Source of the DNA: an uncultured Anaerolineales bacterium
GTDB lineage: Bacteria > Chloroflexota > Anaerolineae > UBA3071
Length of the DNA: 32,150 nucleotides
Direction of reading: 5' to 3'
Assembly: GCA_964587335.1 (NCBI GenBank)
Contig: CAZPMV010000004.1
Location: 1-32,150, forward strand
In this document: in pieces, positions 19,979 through 26,946 of the stretch
Layout of the letters: every line of letters starts with the position of its first letter
Position numbering within the stretch: position 1 is the first letter of the stretch
Translations under genes and position numbers: made by a program
Notes under the pieces: model-generated
Told to the model about the DNA's origin: nothing
The model's database searches: none
What the model saw: the letters and a program-made list of their open reading frames with translations, nothing else

Positions 19979-21430
19979 TCACCTCAGGACAAGCGGCAGG
20001 AACAGGTCATAGCCAGCGGGTGCTGCCGTCGGTGTGTCCGTCGGCGTGGCCGTGGGCGTTGCGGATGGTGTGGCGGTCAGTGTGGACGTCGGCGTTGCGG
20101 TCGGCGTGGCGGATGGCATCGCGGTCGGCGTATTGGTGGGCCCAGCGGTCGGGGTTGCCGTTGGGGTTGCGGTTGGCTCTGGCGAGCGATATTCGTCAGC
20201 GCCCAGGTCGTGTCCGCTGCCGGCGGGGCGGTCGTCGCCATCAATATCCTCGCTGATGCCCGAGTCCACACCTTGATCAATAGCTGCCGAGCCTGCGGTC
20301 AGGTGATAGCCATCGGCCTCGAAGGCGGGATCGCCGCTGGTAGCTTGGGAGATGTCCACCGTTCCCGCGCCGCTCCAATTGCTGTCACTGTTGGCATGCC
20401 ACAGCACACCGTTCAGCGTGACCGTGCTGCCCGCTTCCACGTCAATGCCCACCGTCTGGTTGGCCAGGATGATGTTGGTCAGTTCGACGCTGCTGGGGCC
20501 GGCCCAGGATTCGAGGCAGATGCCGGTGTCGTTGGCGCCGCTGTTGTGGTGGATGGTGCTGTGGAGCAAGTGGGGCGAAGAGTCGGTCACGTACACGCCG
20601 CAGCCGAGGTTGTGGGGCACTGCGAACATATGATTGTAGGCGACGACATCGTTCACCAGGCGGGCGTTGCTGCCAAAACCGAAGTGGATGCCGCTGCCAC
20701 TGAAGCCGGCTGTGTTCGAGGTGATGACGTTGCGGTCGAGGTGGGCAGGGCTGTTATCGAGGAGCAGCCCACCGCCGTCGCCATAGCTGCCGCCAGAGGT
20801 GGAAACGGCGCTGTTAGCGGTGATGACGTTCCTTCTGAGCGTGGCACTGCTGTCTTGCAGGTACAGTCCGCCGCCAGCCTGAGCGGTGTTGCCAAACACC
20901 CGGCAATCCTTCAGCGTGGCCGCAGCGGACATCACGTAGACGCCGCCTCCGGCATCTTCTCCCCAGTGGCCGCCGCCCAGGCTGGCAGCGTTGCCGCCGG
21001 TGATACGCAATCCTTCCAGGGTGGGGGAGATGTTACCGGTGATGTAGACCACGCGTCCCTGCCCCTGAGCGTCCAGAGTGGTAGGGTTAGCCTCCGGGTC
21101 CGGGGTGTCCCAGTTGGTCGTCGCATAGCCGCCGCGGATGGTGACGCTCTTGTTGACGTAGACCACCTGGGCCAGCCCACCATGGTTGTTCACATCGTCG
21201 TAAACGCCGCTGGCGACCTTGATGACATCACCAGCGTTGGCAACGTCTACAGCCTGCTGAATGGTAGCGTAATCGCAGCTCGGTGGGCCGGCCGGACAGA
21301 CGTGCAACTCGGCGGCAGGCGCGGCTGCAACAGGGTCAGACCGGATTCCCAGACCCCATGGCAGAGTCACAACCAGCGTCAGACCCAGACCCAGAGCGGG
21401 TAGAACGAGCCGGTGTTTGCTTTTCGACAT
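19979..21430 (-). CDS. secreted right-handed parallel beta-helix repeat protein with PT-rich linker and a short hydrophobic C-terminal tail
   Basis: Signal peptide 'HRLVLPALGLGLTLVVTLPWGLG'. Repeated PbH1-like units ('GGGLYLQDSSATLRRNVITANSA', 'GGGLLLDNSPAHLDRNVITSNTA'). 'DIDGDDRPAGSGHDLGADEY' is typical of the end of such domains. The C-terminus is (T/A/S-P-T)n followed by 'AGYDLFLPLVLR'. Confidence 0.8.
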   Translation of the reverse strand: MSKSKHRLVLPALGLGLTLVVTLPWGLGIRSDPVAAAPAAELHVCPAGPPSCDYATIQQAVDVANAGDVIKVASGVYDDVNNHGGLAQVVYVNKSVTIRGGYATTNWDTPDPEANPTTLDAQGQGRVVYITGNISPTLEGLRITGGNAASLGGGHWGEDAGGGVYVMSAAATLKDCRVFGNTAQAGGGLYLQDSSATLRRNVITANSAVSTSGGSYGDGGGLLLDNSPAHLDRNVITSNTAGFSGSGIHFGFGSNARLVNDVVAYNHMFAVPHNLGCGVYVTDSSPHLLHSTIHHNSGANDTGICLESWAGPSSVELTNIILANQTVGIDVEAGSTVTLNGVLWHANSDSNWSGAGTVDISQATSGDPAFEADGYHLTAGSAAIDQGVDSGISEDIDGDDRPAGSGHDLGADEYRSPEPTATPTATPTAGPTNTPTAMPSATPTATPTSTLTATPSATPTATPTDTPTAAPAGYDLFLPLVLR

Positions 21431-22962
21431 AGTCTCGAAATTATGTGCTTGGCTTACAGCTAGAGCGTGATACCAGTGAAAGGCGTTTCTTCGAGTATAG
21501 TTGGATTGCAGTATCCAACACTACTCGTAAGGAGAACGCCAAAGATGAGTATAGCTGAAGCCAGGACAGAGCGCAAAAACCGGACGATTACGCTCTATTT
21601 GGGCAGCACCTTGGCTGAATACGGAGCCACCTATCTGACAGCCGAAGGTATCCAAGCCGTAATCGAGAGAGTTGAGGTGGCAGACAGTATCAATTGGGGC
21701 TGTCTCGCTAGGGAACATCACGAGGGTTGCCCTCGGCTGTTACGTTTCACCTACCACAACAGTTATGTTCGTTGGGTCAAGCACTTCAATGGAACACGGT
21801 CGTCGGTTACGATACTCCGGGTCAGATGTTTGGACTGCGGTGCTGTTTTCACCGTTCAGCCATCGTTTGTCATCCGCTACAAGCGCTACGGAACAGATGC
21901 GGTAGAGAAGTTGATGGTCTTGTTGTTCATCACCGAAGACAGTTATCGCATGACTGGTGTCAGCCAAGCATTGGGCATGGACACCAAGCAAGCAGGTACC
22001 TGGATAGCCCTGGAAACGGAACAACCGCATGCCATTCAACCCAGAGCCTTGTGGGGACTCGTGCAATGGTTGGGACAGTTGTCGCCCGCTCAACTGAACC
22101 TGGCTTTGGGAGTAGATCCACCGGAATACATCCTCGAAGACGAGAAACATGTCAAAGAATGCGGGCAAAAAGCCTATGTGCCGATGATCTATGCTCCCAA
22201 AGAAGCCTTGATCTGGTGGGTAGACTACCTCCATAGTGCTTCTGAGGATGCGATAAGAAACAGTTTAGAACGATTCAAGGCTATCAGTGACCGTCTGAGT
22301 CATATCGTCGGTGCCACCGTAGATGGATGGGAAGGTGCCCAGAATGCTCTACGGGCTGCTTTTCCAGGCATTGCTTTGGAAGAATGCCATTTCCATGCTC
22401 TGCTCAAGCTCGGAAAACACTTGGCAACCTATAGGCGTCAACGAAAACAAGCAGGCAAGCCTGTCTCGGACACAGAAGAGGCCAACATTCGCGAGGCCTT
22501 CACGAAAGTCCTCAAAGCACCTACGCCCGAAGCCTACCAGGAAGCATTGGACGAATTGCCGGATGCATTCAAGCACCCTACCATGGCTTCTCGTAAACAG
22601 TCCCTGGTAGAGAAGCAAGCATTGTTCCAGGCCTGGACTACGGACGATAATCTGGCAGTGGTCTCTACGGCTCTGGATCAGTGTATGAAGTTCTTGAAGC
22701 GCAAGTTTCAGAACATGCAGACCTTTCGTGGAGACGAGAGCGGCTTGGCAACCGTAAACGCTTGGGCGATTACACGCAATTGCTGGCGATTTCTCAAAGG
22801 GGCGATACGCGCCGGTCTATCACCTCTCGAATTGGCTGGCGCTGGTTTCCTGGGCATTCCCTGGCTGCAACTGGTCAATTTGGTGTTGGCTGCTTGGCCT
22901 ACATTGCATTTGGCAGCGCCTGTGTTATGCCCAAGCACATAATTTGCTACTATGTCAGAAAA
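21421..22962 (+). mobile_element. insertion sequence (~1.54 kb) with terminal inverted repeats; family not assignable by eye
   Basis: AAATTATGTGCTTGG (21438-21452) is the exact reverse complement of CCAAGCACATAATTT (22931-22945). Imperfect extension outward (TTTTC-GACATAGT on both sides) reaches 21421 and 22962. The element encloses a single transposase ORF and is visibly AT-richer than its flanks. No target-site duplication was found. Confidence 0.8.
21545..22942 (+). CDS. DDE-type transposase with an N-terminal Cys-containing finger
   Basis: ATG 21545 is preceded by AAGGAG. Contains 'RVRCLDCGAVFTVQPSF', 'YILEDEKHVKECGQKAYVPMIY' and 'VGATVDGWEGAQNALRAAFPGIALEECHFHALLKL' (a D...D...FP...C.FH arrangement reminiscent of ISL3 or ISKra4-like enzymes). 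The stop codon lies inside the right inverted repeat. Confidence 0.75.
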   Translation: MSIAEARTERKNRTITLYLGSTLAEYGATYLTAEGIQAVIERVEVADSINWGCLAREHHEGCPRLLRFTYHNSYVRWVKHFNGTRSSVTILRVRCLDCGAVFTVQPSFVIRYKRYGTDAVEKLMVLLFITEDSYRMTGVSQALGMDTKQAGTWIALETEQPHAIQPRALWGLVQWLGQLSPAQLNLALGVDPPEYILEDEKHVKECGQKAYVPMIYAPKEALIWWVDYLHSASEDAIRNSLERFKAISDRLSHIVGATVDGWEGAQNALRAAFPGIALEECHFHALLKLGKHLATYRRQRKQAGKPVSDTEEANIREAFTKVLKAPTPEAYQEALDELPDAFKHPTMASRKQSLVEKQALFQAWTTDDNLAVVSTALDQCMKFLKRKFQNMQTFRGDESGLATVNAWAITRNCWRFLKGAIRAGLSPLELAGAGFLGIPWLQLVNLVLAAWPTLHLAAPVLCPST

Positions 22963-23173
22963 TCGAGGTGTGCCTCAAAGTTGTTCAGCAGCAAACGCAA
23001 AGAACATTGATTCCTTGAGAGACACCTTAAGAACCCCCGTGCCCTCTGTGCCTCAGTGGCGAGTCTGGCAGTTCTTTCAGTGGAGTCGTTTTGCGCTTTA
23101 CGTTTTGCATCTGGTGTGGCGGTGATGCTTTCTCCCCGCCGGTGACCGAGCCCTGTGCTCTCCATACCCGCAT

Positions 23174-23202
23174 TTGACAAAGCGAACATCTGTTCGTATA
23201 AT
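23174..23202 (+). promoter_or_regulatory. consensus sigma70 promoter of the radical SAM gene
   Basis: TTGACA (23174-23179), a 17-nt spacer, then TATAAT (23197-23202). Both hexamers match the consensus perfectly. Confidence 0.75.
23183..23196. promoter_or_regulatory. LexA operator (Cheo-box type, CGAAC-N4-GTTCG)
   Basis: CGAACATCTGTTCG is a perfect palindromic match to the Gram-positive-type SOS box. It lies entirely within the -35/-10 spacer. Confidence 0.65.
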
Positions 23203-23256
23203 GGCAGCCAGCGGGGAAACATCCGAAGCGAATGATCGGACAGGAGACGGGAACCG

Positions 23257-24405
23257 ATGGATACTCATCAGAAGCTCGACTTGCTGGGTCAAGCAGCCAG
23301 TTTCGATGTCTGCGCGCCGTCGGGCCGCTCGGCGGCGATGGCGCGAGGGTGCGTACAGCAACCACCAGATGTTAGGCCCTACATCTCCCACGTGCAACTG
23401 CCGAGCGGGCAGAAGAAGCCGGTGCTGAAGGTGCTGCTCACCAGCTTCTGCGAGCGCAACTGCCACTACTGCGCCTTCCGCGCTGGACGAGACCTGCCTC
23501 GCGCAGCTTTCACTCCCGACGACCTGGCCGCCGCGTTCGACCAGATCCAGCACCAGGGGCTGGTGCAAGGGCTCTTTCTCAGCTCCGGCGTGACCGGCAG
23601 CGTGCGCACCATGGACCGCATGATCGCCACAGTGGAGATCGTGCGCCAACGCTACGACTACCGCGGTTATGTCCACCTTAAGATACTGCCCGATGCCGAA
23701 GAGGCGCAAATCGAGCGGGCGGTACGGTTGGCAGATCGAGTCTCGGTAAACCTGGAAGCGCCGAATGCGGAGCGCTTGGCAACATTGGCGCCGCGCAAGG
23801 AGTTCGGCCAGGGCCTGATGGACCCGCTGCGCCGGGCGGCGGCAGCCATCGCCCGCGGGCAGGGCCGCTGGGCGAAGCTGGGGCTAACGACGCAGTTCGT
23901 GGTCGGCGCGGTGGGGGAAAGCGACCGTGAGCTGCTGACCACTACGCAGCGACTGTACGACGATCTGCGTCTGGCGCGGGCCTACTTCAGCGGTTTCAGC
24001 CCCATCCCCGACACGCCATTGGAGGAACATCCCCCTGCCCCTCCTGCCCGGCAGCACCGCCTGTATCAGAGCGACTTTCTCATGCGCTACTACGGCTTTC
24101 GGTTCGACGAGTTCATCTTCGACACTGAGGGCAGCCTGCCAGTGAACATGGACCCCAAGATCGCCTGGGCCCAGGCGCATCCGGAACGCTTCCCCATGGA
24201 GGTCAACCGCGCCTCCAAGGCTACTCTGCTGCGGGTTCCCGGCATCGGCCCCGTCTCCGCCCGCCGTATCCTGCAGGCTCGTCAGCAAAGCAAGCTGTTC
24301 TTCCTGAGCGATCTGCGCAAGCTCGGTGTGGTGACTTCCCGCGCTGCTCCCTACGTCCTGCTGAACGGCAAGCGTCCGCCGCTGCAACTGAGCCTCTTCG
24401 CTTGA
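23257..24405 (+). CDS. putative DNA modification/repair radical SAM protein (TIGR03916-like) with C-terminal helix-hairpin-helix
   Basis: 'KLDLLGQAASFDVC' start, 'LKVLLTSFCERNCHYCAFR' (CxxxCxxC), 'GLFLSSGV', 'GYVHLKILP', 'ADRVSVNLEAP...LAPRK', 'RLYQSDFLMRYYGF', 'DPKIAWAQAHPERFPMEVN', and the HhH motif 'LLRVPGIGPVSARRIL'. Confidence 0.85.
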   Translation: MDTHQKLDLLGQAASFDVCAPSGRSAAMARGCVQQPPDVRPYISHVQLPSGQKKPVLKVLLTSFCERNCHYCAFRAGRDLPRAAFTPDDLAAAFDQIQHQGLVQGLFLSSGVTGSVRTMDRMIATVEIVRQRYDYRGYVHLKILPDAEEAQIERAVRLADRVSVNLEAPNAERLATLAPRKEFGQGLMDPLRRAAAAIARGQGRWAKLGLTTQFVVGAVGESDRELLTTTQRLYDDLRLARAYFSGFSPIPDTPLEEHPPAPPARQHRLYQSDFLMRYYGFRFDEFIFDTEGSLPVNMDPKIAWAQAHPERFPMEVNRASKATLLRVPGIGPVSARRILQARQQSKLFFLSDLRKLGVVTSRAAPYVLLNGKRPPLQLSLFA

Positions 24406-24495
24406 ATTGGACGCGGACAAACGCGGAAGGCAGCAGACTCTGGGTCAGCGGAAAAGCGGAAGAAGCGGAATGAAAGCAACCTTCTGGAGAGAACA

Positions 24496-24942
24496 ATGCC
24501 TTACGAGATCCCGCCTCGTCAGAGGCCCAAAGACGACAACGGCTACTTCGAGCAACTGACCAAGGCAGTCTTCCGGGCTGGCTTTAGCTGGAAGGTCATC
24601 CGCGACAAGTGGCCCAACTTCCAGCGCGCCTTCGACGGCTTCGACATCAAGAAAGTGGCACGCTACGATGCCCGCGATCTGGATCGGCTGCTGGCCGATG
24701 AGGGGATCGTCCGCAATGGCCGCAAGGTTGAGGCCACCATCCACAACGCCAATGTGATACAGCAACTCATCGCCGAGCATGGTTCGTTCTACCATTACCT
24801 ACGCAGCCTGGATGGGCTAGACTACGCGGCCCGTCGCGAGGACCTGCGCCGCCGCTTCAAGCACCTCGGCCCCACGGGCATATTCGTCTTTCTCCACTGC
24901 GTGGACGAGGATGTGCCGAAGTGGGAGGAGCGGAACGTCTGA
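24496..24942 (+). CDS. tag: short DNA-3-methyladenine glycosylase I (Tag, Adenine_glyco)-like protein lacking the N-terminal Cys/His segment
   Basis: 'GYFEQLTKAVFRAGFSWKVIRDKWPNFQRAFDGFDIKKVARYDARDLDRLLADEGIVRNGRKVEATIHNA' aligns by eye to E. coli Tag residues ~30-125 ('LFEMICLEGQQAGLSWITVLKKRENYRACFHQFDP...AGIIRHRGKIQAIIGNA'). It is only 148 aa. Confidence 0.7.
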   Translation: MPYEIPPRQRPKDDNGYFEQLTKAVFRAGFSWKVIRDKWPNFQRAFDGFDIKKVARYDARDLDRLLADEGIVRNGRKVEATIHNANVIQQLIAEHGSFYHYLRSLDGLDYAARREDLRRRFKHLGPTGIFVFLHCVDEDVPKWEERNV

Positions 24943-24992
24943 TTGCGGATTGACGATTGCGGATTGCGGAATGGGACATCTGCGAACTGTGG

Positions 24993-25021
24993 TTGACAAG
25001 ATCTGACTCTGATGATATACT
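24993..25021 (+). promoter_or_regulatory. near-consensus sigma70 promoter of the 326-aa lipoprotein gene
   Basis: TTGACA (24993-24998), a 17-nt spacer, then TGaTATACT (25013-25021). Confidence 0.65.
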
Positions 25022-25087
25022 AATGGTCAGTGCAGGAACCACATCGCTTCACATGTTTCCCCGGGAAGAGGGGAAGGAGGTTGTCGC

Positions 25088-26068
25088 ATGCGTGCCTCAC
25101 GTTCTGTCCTCTTGGTCGCTACGTCGGTCATCCTCTGTTTGGTCAGTCTGACGTCGGCAGGCTGCGGTGGGTGGCGGGAAGCCCCATCTACGGAACCAGA
25201 ACCATTCCACGTCAACTTGCCCCGTCTGCACGTGACCTACGACGAGCAAGGCGAGCCCAGCATTCGAGGGGTCGGCCTGAGCACTGTCGAGCGGTTGGTG
25301 CGATCTGACCTGACGAGGCTCCGCTTCCCGCCAGAGCAGGTTCGGCAGTTGATGGAGTGGAACATCCAACACATCGAGCTGGCCCTGACAGCGGATGGGC
25401 TGTTCGTTTTCGTGAACAACAGACTCTTGCCGTACCTGGCCTGGGATGAGCAAACCCTGGCAAATGTGGGAGCGATGGCAGACAGACTGGATGTGCTACT
25501 GCCATCCGCTGCTCGATTCGTCCGCCTGCAGAACGTCTTGCCCCTGATACTACGCGGCGTTGGTGTGGGCATCGTCTTGGAGCTTCCCCTGGCTCCCGGC
25601 CAGGAGACCATTCCCTTCGAGGGTCATCCCAACGGCCTGCCAGTGACCCCGCCCGCGGAGGCTGCGGAGAAGCCGCTTACTCTCCACCTCCCCCTGCAAT
25701 ACGACCAGGCAGGAGAACCGTCTGTTAGCGGCATCAGAGTGCAGGAACTGGAGAAACTGACGGGGCAGCCCGTAGTGATCGGCAAGCTGGATCAAGCCAC
25801 CATGGGCACTATCCAGCAGGCCGAAGTCGAAACCGTGCTGGTGAAGATGGAAGCCAAGGGTCTTGTGCCCTACGTCAATGGCCAGCCAATGCCCTACATC
25901 GCCTGGGCGGACGAGCATCTGCTGAACCTGATTGAGCTCATTGAGGTCACATCTCCTGACGATCCCATCCTGGGCAATCCTCACCTGATTGACCTTGTGC
26001 GCCGCGCCGTGCCGGGGGTCAAAGAGGCCGACATCCAACTGTTCGTCGAGTTCCCTGCGCAGCCGTAA
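25088..26068 (+). CDS. probable lipoprotein with two homologous ~95-aa repeats; function unknown
   Basis: GGAAGGAGG lies 7 nt before the ATG. Signal peptide ends 'LTSAGC'. Repeat 1 'LHVTYDEQGEPSIRGV...GLFVFVNNRLLPYLAWDEQTLANV' parallels repeat 2 'LPLQYDQAGEPSVSGI...GLVPYVNGQPMPYIAWADEHLLNL'. Confidence 0.7.
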   Translation: MRASRSVLLVATSVILCLVSLTSAGCGGWREAPSTEPEPFHVNLPRLHVTYDEQGEPSIRGVGLSTVERLVRSDLTRLRFPPEQVRQLMEWNIQHIELALTADGLFVFVNNRLLPYLAWDEQTLANVGAMADRLDVLLPSAARFVRLQNVLPLILRGVGVGIVLELPLAPGQETIPFEGHPNGLPVTPPAEAAEKPLTLHLPLQYDQAGEPSVSGIRVQELEKLTGQPVVIGKLDQATMGTIQQAEVETVLVKMEAKGLVPYVNGQPMPYIAWADEHLLNLIELIEVTSPDDPILGNPHLIDLVRRAVPGVKEADIQLFVEFPAQP

Positions 26069-26133
26069 CCGACGCCTGACCTCACCTGACAGGGGCTGAG
26101 TGACTGACAGGCGCTGGGGAGACCAAACAAACC

Positions 26134-26946
26134 ATGAAGCGCTGGACGTGGTGGCTCATCGGCCTGATCGTACTGGCCATCCTGGTGGCCGCTGGGTATG
26201 CCGCGTGGCGCTGGCGCCCGCAAGAACGCTTGGAGACGACACCCACGCCCGTTCCTCTCACATCCACCCCTGAGCTTGCCGCCGTCGCCGAGGAAGAAGA
26301 GACGTTCTCCAAGATGCGACAGCAGATGGTAGAGCGCACCATACGCGCCCGCGGCGTCAGCTGTCCAGAGGTGCTGCGGGCCATGGAGACGGTGCCCCGC
26401 CACCGCTTTGTGCCAGATCGCTACCTGACAGAGGCCTACGCCGATCACCCGCTGCCCATCGGCTACGGCCAGACCATCTCCCAGCCCTACATCGTGGCGC
26501 TGATGACGGAATTGCTGAGGCTGGAATCAGACGAGCGAGTACTGGAGATCGGCACCGGCTCCGCTTACCAGGCGGCGGTGTTGGCCGAACTGGTGAACGA
26601 AGTCTACTCCATCGAGATCGTCCCCGAACTGGCCGATAGCGCTGCCCAGCGGCTGAAAGCGCTAGGCTACGACAACGTGCGCACGAAGCAAGGCGACGGC
26701 TACTACGGGTGGGAGGAATACGCCCCCTTCGATGCCATCATCGTCACCTGCGCGCCGGACCACGTGCCACAGCCGCTGGTCAACCAACTGGCCGAAGGCG
26801 GGCGACTGGTCGTTCCCGTCGGCCCGCCAGGTGGCTATCAGACGCTGTGGCAGTACGTGCGGGAAGAGGACGGGCTGAAGGCCTACAACCTCGGCGGGGT
26901 GCGCTTCGTGCCCCTGCTGCGGGAGGCGCCACAGTCAGCCGATTAG
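26134..26946 (+). CDS. pcm: protein-L-isoaspartate O-methyltransferase with an N-terminal transmembrane anchor
   Basis: 'VPRHRFVP', 'HPLPIGYGQTISQPYIVALM', 'VLEIGTGSAYQAAVLA' and 'GGRLVVPVG' are PCMT motifs, preceded by 'WWLIGLIVLAILVAAGYAAW' and a ~45-aa linker. Confidence 0.9.
   Translation: MKRWTWWLIGLIVLAILVAAGYAAWRWRPQERLETTPTPVPLTSTPELAAVAEEEETFSKMRQQMVERTIRARGVSCPEVLRAMETVPRHRFVPDRYLTEAYADHPLPIGYGQTISQPYIVALMTELLRLESDERVLEIGTGSAYQAAVLAELVNEVYSIEIVPELADSAAQRLKALGYDNVRTKQGDGYYGWEEYAPFDAIIVTCAPDHVPQPLVNQLAEGGRLVVPVGPPGGYQTLWQYVREEDGLKAYNLGGVRFVPLLREAPQSAD

Noticed and set aside
21400-22975. Target-site duplication flanking the IS.
   Set aside because: I tried boundaries at 21421/22962, 21426/22956 and 21438/22945. 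The flanks are inverted rather than direct repeats, and no 2-10-bp direct duplication is visible.
22950-23365. Minus-strand ORFs 22950..23222 and 23027..23365 in the IS to radical SAM intergenic region.
   Set aside because: They span the consensus promoter and LexA box of the plus-strand gene. They have no recognisable motifs and no Shine-Dalgarno sequence.
24984-24997. Second LexA-like site CGAACTGTGGTTGA overlapping the -35 box of the 25088 gene promoter.
   Set aside because: Only the left half-site matches. The right half (GTTGA) is the TTGACA box itself, so this is probably coincidence.
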